DNA from: Mobula hypostoma
Lineage: Eukaryota
Assembly (NCBI RefSeq): GCF_963921235.1
Contig: NC_086108.1
Location: forward strand, 82,896,001-82,960,000
Direction: 5' to 3'
DNA: 64,000 bases
Positions 25,330 to 38,330 of the stretch are shown here, in pieces (position 1 is the stretch's first letter; each line of letters opens with the position of its first letter). Under the pieces are notes generated by a model. It searched no databases, was not told where the DNA came from, and saw only the letters and a program-made list of their open reading frames with translations. The position numbers were made by a program, and so were the translations under genes.

Positions 25330-26005
25330 GTGGTACACATGCCCTTGTCCACATCAATAGTATTGATGTTGAGTTGAGAACTTCAAGTTCTTAGGTGTGA
25401 ACATCGCTAAGAGTCTGACCTGGTCCAACCACATTGATGTTACAGTCAATAAAGCTTATAAATGCTTCCACTGCCTCAGGAGGCTAAAGATATTCAGAAT
25501 GTCCCCGTTAACTCTTTCCAATTTTTACTGATGCACCATTGAAAGCATTCTCTCTGGATGCATAACAACTTGGTATGGCGACTGCTCTGCACCTGACCAC
25601 AAGAAACTACAGAGTTGTAAACACAACCCAACACATCACAGGTGCCAGCCTTCCCTCTATTCCCTCTATACCCTCTATACTTCTCACTGCCTCAGTAAGG
25701 AAGCCAGCATAATCAAAGGCCCCCACCCATCCCAGACATTCTCTCTTCTCCCCTCTCCCAAAAGGCAGAAGATATAAAAGTCTGAAAACATGTACCATCA
25801 GGCTTATTGACAGCTTGTATCTCACTGTTATCAGATTCCTGGACAGACATCTAGACCTCAGTTAAACTTGTTATGATCTTGCTCTACATTGTTTACCTGC
25901 ACTTTTTCGGTAGCTTTTACAGTTTATTCTGCATTGTTATAGTCTTACATTATTCTAGCTTAATTGGTTATGTAACGATTTGATCTGAATACATGTGCAA
26001 GCTTT
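25330..26005 (+). mobile_element. Rex1/Babar 3' fragment
   Basis: FKFLGVNI..LTWSNHID and CTIESILSGCITTWYG motifs. Confidence 0.8.
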
Positions 26006-26149
26006 TCAGCATGGCAGAATGAGTAAAGAGGAGCTCGCTGCCCATTTTCCTCCGTTTACATGACAATTTTTAGGAGAGGTCATAAAGACAAGTTCGCTCT
26101 CAAACAGGATGTTACCGAATAGCATCGTTCTAACTAGTCAGCACCGAAT

Positions 26150-27465
26150 GTGCTAATGTGTGAGATGAGCAAGCAGGGAAGCGATAGAGGCCTTGTGAGG
26201 GGAAATCCTTCCTCACTGATGTGACTGAGCTTTATTTTAAGGTAACAGATGATTGATGAAGTCAGAGCAGTAGATATTGTCTCTGCGGACTTTAGTAAGA
26301 GACCTGATAAGGTCCTACATTATAGATTGATACAGAAGGTCAAGGTAACATGGGATCCAAGGTGAACTGGTAAATTGGATCCAAGTTTGGCTTGGATGAT
26401 ATGATGTGGAAGGTAGTGGCAGAAAAATGCTTTTCTGATTGGAGATCTGTGTCCAGTGGTGTACTACAGGAATAGATGGTGGGACCTTTGTTGTAAATGA
26501 TATATATTAATAACTTGTTGGGGGTATCATTAGTAAGTTTATGGATGACCAGAAGTTAGTAGTGTCGTAGAGAGCAGGGAAAGTAGGCCAAAGTTGTAGC
26601 AAAATATAGATCAGATGGAAAGTTAGGCACAGTGTTTGCAAATGGAGTTTAATCCCAATAAATGCTAGGTGATGTACTTTGAGAAGTCAAATAAAGGTTG
26701 GACACATGCATTAAAGGGAGGTCTATGTGTTAATGGTGATGAAGTGTCTCAGCCCAAAATGTTAACTGTTTATTTCCCTCCATAGATGCTGCTCAACTTG
26801 CTGAGTCCCTCCAGCATTGTGTGTGTTGCTCTACATAAAGATGACAGGAACAGATCCTTAGTTCTGTGATGGAGGCAACACAGATGGATAGATTGATAAA
26901 GGCTGCATGTGGCAGACTTGGCTTCATAGGTCAGGGAAGAGAACATAAAATTTGGAACATTATGTTGCAACTTTTCTAAACACTGGTTAGACCGCACTTA
27001 TAGAGTATGGTGTGCAGTTGTAAATACCACACCTGAGTAACAATGCTGTTGCACTGGAGAGAGTGCTCAGAAAATTTACCAGGCTGTTGCTTTTATTGGA
27101 AGATCTTAGTTATGAGAGAAATTGATAGGGTGGGTTTGTTTTCTCTGGAGCAAAGCAGGCAACGGGGACACCTGGCAGCAATATACAAAATTGTACAAGA
27201 CGTAGATCACCAGAATCTTTTCCCCATATTAGGGGTATAAAAAAAAACAAGACAGGAATAGGGATAAATTGAGAAGAAGTTTTAAAGGGACTTAAGGAAA
27301 AAAAACTGGTTGGTCTCTGGAACCAATCCCACTTAAGCAGGTCCTTACATAGGCAGGGCACAAAAGGAAACAGAACTAGTGTGGGCAAATGGAATCAGTG
27401 TAGATGGGTAAAACAGATTGCCATTGAAGAGGTAGGCGTAATTTACATGCTACACAACTATAATG
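26150..27465 (+). mobile_element. Old CR1 ORF2 fragment with a short PLE end inserted (~26740-26830)
   Basis: AVDIVSADFSK, SGVLQ and KTLVRPHL motifs. Confidence 0.8.
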
Positions 27466-28362
27466 CTAGGATTTTGGTTATTTAAATGAGCCAATTCAGT
27501 AAAACTCTTACAAAATTCCTTATCTGGTACAGCTAGACTTATTCGTGTCATTTCCTGACCTGCACTTTGTTACATTCATACAAAATTGAGACACAATTGA
27601 TTTGTTCTCTGGGTCAGTAGCAATTTAATTATTCTTCCTGAAAGCTTTGTGACAAGTTCATGCTCCTGATACAGCCACAGATTTTTAATTTCTTCTTCCC
27701 TGTCAACTGTGGTCTCCTTCAGCGTGGAACAGAGGTGAGTGGTTTTTTTTGATGGAAGTTTAGTTGCAATGTTAGATCTGTGTTAAGAATGATTTCAAAT
27801 GTGTCATTGAGAGCAAAGCACTAAAGAAAAAACTGCTGGAATTGTTAAGATGAAAAGTATCTTTTAATATAACATTACACAAGAATAGGAAGAGAGAAAC
27901 ACAAACATGTGACCAAGTCCTCATAAATTACCTGGGGAAATTTTAAACAATGGTAACAAATTACAATTAAAATCTCATATGTATTCTCAGCACTTGGTTC
28001 ATTGAATATATGGAAACTGGTGGGAGCAATCCCAATAGTCCCATCTTTCCCATCTCTTTTCATCCTATCCTGGAGTTGGAGGCATGTCTGTGTGTGAGGG
28101 GATAGTGTGTATGTGGGAGGGGGAAGGGTGGGTTTTGCTGTTGTTGTCTTGCTTTGTTCTGTTGTTATTTTGTGTTATACTGCTGAACGTTGTAAGCATG
28201 CTATGCTGATGTCAGAATGTGTGGGCTGCCCCCAGCACATCCTTGGGTGCGTGAGTAGTTAATGTTAATGACGCATTTCACTGCATAAATCTGAAACTAA
28301 ATAAATTGGAATGTGGATTTGGATCGATTCACCCTCTCAAGCCCATCAACACCTACCTACCC

Positions 28363-28566
28363 AACAACGCACACAAAATGCTGGAGGAACTCAGCAGGCC
28401 AGGTAGCTCCTATGGAAAAGACTGAACAGTCAACGCTTACTTCATCAGGACCTGACCAAAACTTCAATTCTTTACTAATTTCCATGGATGCTGCCTGGCC
28501 TGCTGAGTTCCTCCATTGCGTGTGTGTTGTTTGGATTCCCAGCATCTGCAGATTTTCTTGTCTTTG
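28363..28566. repeat. Short palindromic PLE-end dimer
   Basis: Two inverted copies of the PLE terminal ~90 bp joined at a decayed hammerhead motif; flanking duplication AACACCTACC at 28348-28357 and 28567-28576. Confidence 0.7.
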
Positions 28567-29609
28567 AACACCTACCCGCCACCTTTTTCAGGAAAAATTT
28601 GCAATAACTAATTAGCGTACAGATTAGCAACCTTTGGGACGTACGCACCCAGAGGAAACCAAAGCCATTACAAAGAGAACATACAAGTGTCCAATTGTGG
28701 AAGTCTGGATCAACCCAGGGTGTCAGGAGCTGTCACGCAGAAGTACTACACCACTGAGCCACCAATCTACATCATAACAGTAAGAGTTTGCAGACAATTA
28801 AGATATGTATTTCTTTCCTTTATTGCCCTGTCTTTAGAATACATGACCAGGGTGTCTGGCTGGAACTATTAATACTCTAGCTAGGTCATAGATCTGGGTA
28901 CCAAAATCAAAAGTACCAGAAAGGATATAAAGAATTTAGCAAGGATAAAGAACTCTAACTTTGAAGAAAAATTGTCCTGATTTAGATTGTTGTGGCATCT
29001 ATGTACAGTAATTAGGAAGGGCTTATTTCCCTTGGCAGAGGGGCAAATTATTATACATAGATTTAAGTAATAGGCCTCAAGATTAAATAGGCGATGAAAC
29101 ACGTTTACATCGAGAGTGTGGGACCAGGAAATCACTACCCGAAAACATTGTGAGGATTGAAAATCCTAAAAGCTGAATGTTCTTACCATTCAAGGTTATG
29201 GACAGAGACCTGGAAAGTGGTAATTGCTTATTACAACACAACATTTAACAAAGCTCCTGTCTTGTAATCCACAAGTACCATTCAGCCCAGTGCGTCTATG
29301 TAGGTTCACAGCAAAGTACTGTATTCCCACTAATCCTATTCTCATTCCTCCAGTTCAGTAGCCTTGTAACTTATTCTCTACCACATGCTCATCAACTCCT
29401 TTTTGGTTCTTTTGCTAAAAATCTACACCAATGGGGAATTTACCACAGCTAGCTGATCTAGCAAAACCTATTTCCAAAATGGAGAACTCTTGTTTCTTTC
29501 ACATTGTTTTTTTCTGAATATAATTTTATAAAAGTTTGACTATTCTTCAAGGAGCGTTCTGTTATTGCCCTTAAAGAATTTGCCTTTCGTGATACTAATT
29601 GACCTACAG

Positions 29610-30460
29610 GTGAACAGCGAGGTAGACAGCATCACTGGAGGGGAATAAAAAGTCAATACTTCAGACCAAGAATGTTCATCAGGGAAAGGAAGAGGGTAGG
29701 AGCCAGAATAAAAAGGTGAGGGAGGGAGGGGAATGAGTACAAGCTGGAATCCAGGTGAGGGGGAAGGGGAGATTGAAGTAAGAAGCTGGAAAGTGATAGG
29801 TGGATGAGGCAAAGGTCTGAAGAAGGAATCTAATAGGAGAGGACAGTAGACCATGGATTAAAGGGAAGGAGGACTGGAATCAGAGGAGGGTGATGGGTGG
29901 GTGAGAAGAAAAAAGAAAGGGTGAGAGGGTAATCAGAATGGGGAATGCAAAAAGACAGAAGAAGGGAGGGGAAAGAAATTACAACATTAGAAAAATTGGT
30001 GTTCTTGCCATCAGGTTGGATGCTACTCAGAACCTGAGTTAGGTCTCATCATGGCAGTAGTGGAGGCCATGGGCAGGCATGTCTGAATGGGAATGGGAAG
30101 TCAAATTGAAATGGGAGAACCCAGCTTTTGCCACAGACAGAGCAAAGGTTCTCAACAAAGTGGCCCCCTATTTGCAACAGGTCTCACCGATGTAGAGGAA
30201 GCACTGTGAGCATTAAATGCATTAGATGACCCCAAATGACTCGAAGGTGAAATGTCACATCACCTAGAAGGACTGGTTGGTTCTGTGAATGGTGGTGAGG
30301 GAAAAGGTGTAGGGCACGAGTAGTACTTGTCACACTTGTCAGGGACAAGTGGACAAGGGAGTCATGTAGGGACTGACGCCTACAGAAAGCAGCGTGGGAA
30401 GGGGAGAGAAGAATGTGCTTAACTGTAGCATCCTGTTGGAGATGATGGACATTATGGAGA
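29610..30460 (-). mobile_element. Penelope-like element 3' part
   Basis: Reverse complement of the same GIY-YIG/UTR layout as 16075-16982. Confidence 0.75.
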
Positions 30461-30601
30461 AATCAAGATTCAAGATTTTTTAATGTCATTTCTAACACTG
30501 AAGTGCAAAGGACAGAGAAATAATTGTTACTCTCAATCTGTTGCAGTACAAAAAGATAAAGAACACAATATTAAAAAAATCATAGTAAATACATGAGATA
30601 C

Positions 30602-32120
30602 ACAACATTGAATCATAGTGGATTTAATTTGGCTTTTTTGACACTGATCAACAAGAAAGACTCATTCGTCTCAAACCGAAAATAAGTTTCTACAAATTGG
30701 TCTAAATTTAATACAATTATTAAACACAAAATAATTTATTGCATAATTACTCACCCCCTTCAAGTCAGTATTTTGTAGATGCATCTTTGCAGTAATTACA
30801 GCCTTGAGTCTGTGTGGATAGGTCTCTATCAGCTTTGCCAATCTGGACACTGTGATTTTTCCCCATTCTTTTTTACAAAACTGCTCAAGCTCTGTCAGAT
30901 TGCATGAGAATTGTGAGTGAACAGCCCTTTTCAAGTTCAGCCACAAATTCTCAATTGGATTGAGGTCTGGACTCTGATTTGGCCACTTCAGGATATTAAC
31001 TTGGTTGTCTTCAAGCCATTCCGTGGTAGCTTTGACTTTATGCATGGGGTCATCGTCTTGCTGGAAGACAAGTCTTCTCCTAAGTCATAGTTCTCTTGTA
31101 GTTCTGTATTTTGCTGCATTCATTTACCAACTACCTTCCCAAGCTTTCTAGGGCCTGCTGCAGTGAAGCATCCCCACAGCATGATATAGCCACAACCACG
31201 CTTCATGGTAGGGATGGTGTGTTTTTAATGATGTGCAGTGTTTGGCTTATGTCAAACATAGCATTCAGTTTAATGGCAAAAAAGCTCAATTTTGGTTTCA
31301 TTAGACCATAGAACCCTCTTCCAGCTAACTTCAGGGTCTTCCACATGCCTTCTGGCAAACTCTAGTCAAGATTTCGTGTGAGTTTTTTTTCCAACAGTGG
31401 CTTTTTCTTTGCCACTCTCCCATAAACTTGTGACTGGTGAAGCACCCGGGCAACAATTGTTGTACACGCAGCCTCTCCCATCTCAGCCAATGAAGCTTGT
31501 AACTCCACCAGAGTTATCATAGGTCTCTTGGTAGCCTCCCTCACAAATCCCCTTCTTGCACAATCACTCAGTTTTTGAGGACAGCTTGCTCTAGGCAGTT
31601 TTACAACTGTGCCATATTCTTTCCACTTCTTGATGATTGACTTAACTGTACTCCAAGGAATATTCAGTGACTTGGAAATCTTCTTGTATCCATCCATGAT
31701 TTATGTTTTTCAATAACCTTTTTACAGAGTTGCTCAGAGTGTTCTTTTGTCTTCATAGTGTTGCCAGGATACTGACTGATCAGCAATTGGACCTTTTAGC
31801 TACAGGTGTATTTTTATTACAATCATTAGAAACACCTTGGCTGCACACAGGTAATCTCCATTTAGCTAATTATATGACTTCTGGAACCAATTGGCTGCAC
31901 CAGTGATGATTTGGTGTGTCATATTAAAGGCAGTGAATACTTATGCAATCAATTATTTTGTGTTTTATTTTTGTGATTAATTTACATCACTTTGCAGAAA
32001 TCTATTTTCACTTTGACATGAAAGAGTCTCTTTCTGTTGATCAGTGTCAAAAAAGCCAAAATCTGCGATTCAATAAAGCATGAAAACTTCCCGGGGGCTG
32101 AAAACTTTTTATAGGCATTG
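30602..32120 (-). mobile_element. Tc1 transposon, Passport-like, decayed
   Basis: ATG at 31756 (MKTKEHSEQL); GYKKISKSLNIPWSTVKSIIKKWKEYGT; WPNQSPDLNPIENLW; long TIRs, the left one truncated at its outer end; TA at 32121-32122; inserted in a Rex1-type tail. Confidence 0.9.
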
Positions 32121-32214
32121 TATATATAGATCAATCATATGTTCGTAAAGTGATGCTAGGCACAGAAGTGTCTGTACATAAGGTGACTCTGACAGGAAAT
32201 TATAAAGTAGTGGT

Positions 32215-33240
32215 GGTGTGGTGTGCCCTTGTCAAAGAAGTAGGCTCAGAAATTGAAGTGATGTAAGAAGAGCCCAGCATCATGGTGGGTATGGAACTGA
32301 TTGAGGGGGACAAAAGTAAGGCCCTAGGTGAGGACAGAACATTCAATCTCAAAGAGGGGAAGGTCAGAAGGGATAGTGAAGTCGAGGCAGGGCTTGGACT
32401 GGGGTCAGAGGAGAGTAAAGGGTTGGAAGCATCAGCGGGGAGAGGAGGGGTGTGCTGTTCAGTGACAATGGGGTAGGAAGAAGATGGGGGTTCAGAGGAA
32501 TGAAGTGGGGGGATGAGGGGTAGAGTGAAGGTGGCTGGTAGTGGAAGAAGTCTCAGCCTGGAGGTGGTCACGGCCGAGGTCAGAGCCGGAGATGGAGATG
32601 GCCTTGGATGAGTTGGATAGCTTGGGTACCTGAGTTGGGTATTCCATCTGGGTAGCCTCCAACCTGATGGCATGAACATCAACTTCGGTTACTTACAGTA
32701 ATTTATACCTTCCTCCCTCCTTCTCTCTTTTTTCCGTTCTCCATTCTGGTTACCCTTTCACCCCTTCTCTTCTCCCCACCTGCCCATTGCCTTCCCCAAG
32801 TTCCCTTCCTCTTTCTCTTTATTCAATGGCCCACTGTCTTCTCCTGCTAGATTCCTCCTTTTTCAGTCCTTTACCTCTTCCATCTACCCCCTCCCACCCT
32901 CTTACTTCATCCCCCTTCCCCCACAGCTGATCTCACCTCCCACCTGTCAGCTTATATTCCTTCCTCTTTCCACTCCCATGCCTTCTTATTCTGGCTTCTG
33001 CCCTTTTCCTTTCTATTCCTGATAAACTGTCTCGGCTAGAAATTTCAACTGCTTGAAATGAATCAGCTCATGATAAAATGGCGGAGCAGACTCGATGGGC
33101 TAAATGGCCTACTTCTGCTCCTTTGTCTTATGGTCTTATGCTTATTCCTCACCAAAGATACTGCCCGACCTGCTGAGTTCCTCCAGCATTTTATGTGGTT
33201 TACTCAAGATTTCCAGCATCTGCAAACTGGTGTTTATGAC
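32215..33240. mobile_element. PLE fragments in inverted arrangement (ORF 5' region on minus, 3' end on plus), with a CR1 tail inserted at ~33055-33140
   Basis: Strand switch at ~32640 into GGTAGCCTCCAACCTGATGGCATGAACATC and the PLE terminal motif. Confidence 0.6.
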
Positions 33241-33582
33241 CTATAGGTGGTGCTGTGTTTCCATTCTGTTCATTTCACCGCCAAAAAAAACAGTTTAAGG
33301 CAAACAAAGATCTATGTATCGTCACCATATGTTTCCCCTAAACCTGTAGGACACTCAGTTAACTTAACTATTAATTGAAAAAATCCAATGTTTATCCTAC
33401 ATCAGAACTTGGATTAAATTCTCATTTTAATTTCTTCAATTTAACATGCTTATAGGAGCCATTGACATTTTTGATCACTGGAATCCCTTGTTGCCTAGAA
33501 ACATGATGGGCTGTTTATATCACTTCTTCCCACTAACACCATTTGCCCTGCTCCGTGCAATAAGGGCCAGGTGAGTTTTATG

Positions 33583-33725
33583 TTAGTATTTGTGCAGAAT
33601 AGTGCGTTTCTCAAGATAATATGGCTCACTATAAACCTGAATCCTACCATTACACATCAGCTCAGGAGTAGTAATGATAGCACCAGTAGCAGTACTACTG
33701 GGACATTCACTCAGAGAAAAATCAA
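33583..33725 (-). CDS. Candidate alternative terminal exon ((V)DFSLSECPSSTATGAIITTPELMCNGRIQVYSEPYYLEKRTILHKY*)
   Basis: Branch-like GCTAAT followed by CTTTAG|TTGATT; open frame in a unique island. Confidence 0.3.
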
Positions 33726-35933
33726 CTAAAGCGCTACTTGGTGAACAGTAAAGCACATTAGCAAGCATGCGTTGACGCAAGAAGGCTGACAATACGGTAA
33801 TACAGCTCTTAGATCATCATTCAACAAAACCCTCATCCCAGACATTTTTTTTAGAAATTTAGAAATTTCTCTACGATTTCTAAAGCTTGGTTGATAATTT
33901 AACTCTTATTGTACATATTGTTATGTTGACTTTATTATTTTAATGTATTTTTTTGTTGATTTTCAATAATAATTAATAAAAAAAAAGATCTAAAAATGAA
34001 AAAATGAATTCTGGTGTAAGAGCTGTACTAAACCATTCATTCTGCATTATTTTCTGATGGATATACATTTCAAAATAGGAAAATGGAAAATAAGTGCAGG
34101 CGTAGGCCACTTGGCCTTTTATACATGCTCCACCATTCAACATGATGGCCGTTGTTGTGTATTTAATATTTATTTGAGTAATCTTGTAAGCAATCTTGTT
34201 CATTACATGTTATATGTATGAATACATGAATTGCATACGTCATGATACATGCGTGCCTTGCTAAAAGTAAACACCAAGTTGGACCCGCATTTTGGACTTC
34301 TGTGTTTTCCTTTGAGTTAGTTTAATGTTTTGAAGTTACAAAATATAATGTGGTGATAAAATATTTTTAAAACAAACCCAAGAAGGCTACTAACCTGTTG
34401 AAGTGCAGCAAGATGTTCGAACTAAAACAAAACACGGCGAGTAGAAAACGCAGCCCAGCACGAGCAGAGACGGTCAAGTTAAAACAAAAGCAGTGCAAGC
34501 ACATGTTCTTCGGAAGGGAAGACATAATCAATTTATTTTAAGTCAGTAAATGGAAGAATACACAGATCCCTAAAAGTGAGTACTGGGTGATGATATTCAT
34601 AAAAAAAGGAGAAATGGCTGGCTACATTGGAAAGATAGACATATTTGATAACATAACAGGATTTTATATTCTGAGCTAATTCAACAATATTATAATGCAA
34701 GTTAAATAGTCAATGAGAAACAAGTCCCAATTTTACTGAGTGTACTCCAGCCAAGCCAGCAGAAATGAGCTTTGCTGAAATTGTCAAAGTAATGCAGGAA
34801 CATTTAGAACTGAAGCCATTATTGAGTGCAGAATGGTACAGGATTCAAAAACAGAATCATAAAAAGGGGAGTCCATATGTGACTGAATTGAATAGATTAA
34901 GCATTGTCAGTTCAGTAATGGGCTTAATGATACACTGCGAAATTATTTAGTTCGTGGAATCTTACAAGAAAACATACAAAAATGGATTGTAATTGAAGCT
35001 CACTGATATTCAAAAGAGCAGTTGAAATTGCTTCCTCTGCTACATTGACAACTGAATTGGCCCTGCTTCATGCACCCATGCTGAGCGTGTTAATTGAATC
35101 AACTTTGCCTCTAACTTCCACCCCACCCTTAAATTGACATAGTCCATATTTGACACCTCCGTCCCCTTTTTCAATCTCTCTGTCTCCGTCTGTGGAGACA
35201 AACTGTCAACTGACATCTTTTATAAAGCTACTGCCTCCCATGGTTACCTTGACTACAACTCTTCCCACCCTATCTCCTGTGAAAATGCTATTCCCTTTTC
35301 TCAGGTCCTTTGCCTCCACTGCATCTGTTCCCAAGATGTGGCTTTTCATTCCAGGGCATCAGAGACATCCTCCTTCTTTAAAGAACAGGGTTTCCCTTCC
35401 TCTACTATCGATGCAGCCCTCACCCATACCTCCTTCATTTCCCAAACATTCGTGCTCACCCCATCTTCTTGCTGCCTTAACAGTGATAGTTCCTCTTGTC
35501 ACCTACAACCCCACGAGCCTCCACAGCCAACACATCATCCATCACAACCCCTGACATCCTCATAGGAATCCTAACACTAAATATACCTTTACTACCCCAC
35601 TCTTCACTTTCTGCAGGGATCGTTCCCTCCATGAGACCCTTGTCCATTCATTCCTCCCCACTAATATCCTTCCAGCTGGCCTAAGTGCTACAACTGCCCA
35701 TACACCTCCTCCCTCACTTCCATCCAGAGCCCCAAACCGTTCTTCCAGATGAAGCAACACTTCACCTGCAAACCTGCTGGGGTCATCTATTATATCTGGT
35801 GCTCCCGATGTAGCCTCCTCCGCATTGGTGAGACCCGTCATAAATTGGGGGACTGCTTCATCTAGCACTGCCACATCATAAATCACAAGCATGACTTCCC
35901 AGTAGCCAAACAATTTAATTCTGATTCAATCTA

Positions 35934-37568
35934 CAGTTGAAGTCAGAAGTTTACATACACCTTAGCCAAGTACATTTAAACTCAATTTTTCACAATTCCT
36001 GACATTTAATCCTAGAAAACATACCCTGTCTTAAGTCAGTTAGGATCACTACTTTATTTTAAGAATAAATGTCAGAATAATAGTAGAGAGAATTATTTAT
36101 TTCAGCTTTTATTTCTTTCATCACTTTCCCAGTGGGTCAGAAGTTTACATACACTTCGTTAGTATTTGGTAGCATTGCTTTTAAATTGTTTAACTTGGGT
36201 CAAATGTTTTGGGTAGCCTTCCACAAGCTTCTCACAGTATGTTGCTGGAATTTTGTTCCATTCCTCCAGACAGAACTGGTGTAACTGGGTCAGGTTTGTA
36301 GGCCTCCTTGCTCGCACATGCTTTTTCAGTTCTGCCCACAAATTTTCTATCGGATTGAGGTCAGAAAATGATGTCAAGTCTGGTTCATCCTTGGGAGCAA
36401 TTTCCAAATGCCTGAAGGTGCCACATTTATCTGTACAAACAATAGTACGCAAGTATAAACACCATGGGACCACGCAACCATCATACCGCTCAGGAAGGAG
36501 ACGCATTCTGTCTCCTAGAGATGAACGTATTTGGGTGCGAAAAGTGCTAATCAATCCCAGAACAACAGCAAAGGACCTTGTGAAGGTGCTGGAGGAAACA
36601 GGTAGACAAGTATCTATATCCACAGTAAAACGAGTCCTATATCAACATAACCTGAAAGGCTGCTCAGCAAGGAAGAAGCCACTGCTCCAAAACAGCCATA
36701 AAAAAGCCAGACTACAGTTTGCAAGTGCACATGGGGACAAAGATCTTACTTTTTGGAGAAACGTCCTCTGGTCTGATGAAACAAAAATTGAACTGTTTGG
36801 CCATAATGACCATCGTTATGTTTGGAGGAAAAAGGGTGAAGCTTGCAAGCTGAAGAACACCATCCCAACCGTGAAGCGTGGGGGTGGCAGCATCATGTTG
36901 TGGGGGCTTTGCTGCAGGAGGGACTGGTGCACTTCACAAAACAGATGGCATCATGAAGAAGGAAAATTATGTGGATATATTGAAGCAACATCTCAAGACA
37001 TCAGCCAGGAAGTTAAAGCTCGGTCACAAATGGGTCTTCCAAATGGACAATGACCCCAAGCATACCTCCAAAGTTGTGGCAAAATTGCTTAAGGACAACA
37101 AAGTCAAGGTACTAGAGAGGCCATCACAAAGCCCTGACCTCAATCCAATAGAAAATTTGTGGGCAAAACTGAAAAAGCATGTGTGAGCAAGAAGGCCTAC
37201 AAACCTGACTCAGTTACACCAGTTCTGTCTGGAGGAATGGAACAAAATTCCAGCAGACTTACTGTGAGAAGCTTGTGGAAGGCTACCCAAAACGTTTGAC
37301 CCAAGTTAAACAATTTAAAGGCAATGCTACCAAATACTAACAAAGTGTATGTAAACTTCTGACCCACTGGGAAAGTGATGAAAGAAATAAAAACTGAAAT
37401 AAGTCATTCTCTCTACTATTGTTCTGACATTTCACATTCTTAAAATAAAGTAGTGATCCTAACTGACCTAAGACAGGGAATGTTTTCTTGGATTAAATGT
37501 CACGAATTGTGAAAAACTGAATTTAAGTGTATTTGGCTAAGGTGTATGTAAACTTCTGACTTCAACTG
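35934..37568 (+). mobile_element. Sleeping Beauty/Tss1-like Tc1 transposon, rearranged and frameshifted
   Basis: TA-CAGTTGAAGTCAGAAGTTTACATACAC termini; transposase segments WSDETKIELFG, QMDNDPKH, SPDLNPIENLW, VKQFKGNATKY. Confidence 0.95.
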
Positions 37569-37750
37569 TATGGCCTCTTCTTTTTCCAAGATGAGGCCAC
37601 CTCAAGGTGGAGGAGCATTGCCTTATATTCCAATCTAGGTACTCTCCAACCTGATGGCATGAATATTGATTTCTCTTTCCAGTGACCAAATTTCCCCCAC
37701 CCCCTTCCTCTAATCCCCACTCTGAACTTCCACTTCTCACCTGCTTATTA

Positions 37751-38330
37751 GACAATAGACAATAGGTGCAGGAGTAGGCCATTCGGCCCTTCAAGCCAGC
37801 ACCGCCATTCACTGTGATCATGGCTGATCACCCACAATCAGTATCCAGTTCCTGCCTTATCCCCATAACCTTTGATTCCGCTATCTTTAAGAGCTCTATC
37901 CATCTCTTTCTTGAAAGCATTCAGAGACTTGGCCTCCACGGCCTTCTGGGGCAGAGCATTCCATATATCCACCACTCTCTGGGTGAAAAAGTTTTTCCTC
38001 AACTCCGTTCTAAATGGCCTACCCCTTATTCTTAAACTGTGGCCTCTGGTTCTGGACTCACCCATCAGCGGGAACATGCTTCCTGCCTCCAGTGTGTCCA
38101 ATCCCTTAATAATCTTATATGTTTCAATAAGATCCCCTCTCAACCTTCTAAATTCCATTGTATACAAGCCCAGTCACTACAATCTTTGGACATATGACAG
38201 TCCCGCCATCCCAGGAATTAACCTTGTGAACCTATGCTGCACTCCCTCAATAGCAAGAATGTCCTTCCTCAAATTTGGAGACCAAAATTGCACACAGTAC
38301 TCCAGGTGTGATCGCACTAGGGCCCTGTAC
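37751..38330 (-). mobile_element. Young CR1 3' end
   Basis: ORF 37838-38167 (EFRRLRGDLIETYKII...SRTRGHSLRI); GACAATA-repeat tail. Confidence 0.9.

Noticed and set aside
36253..37186. Active SB-like transposase
   Set aside because: The N-terminus and promoter are missing, there is a frameshift at ~36905, and a stop at ~37184.
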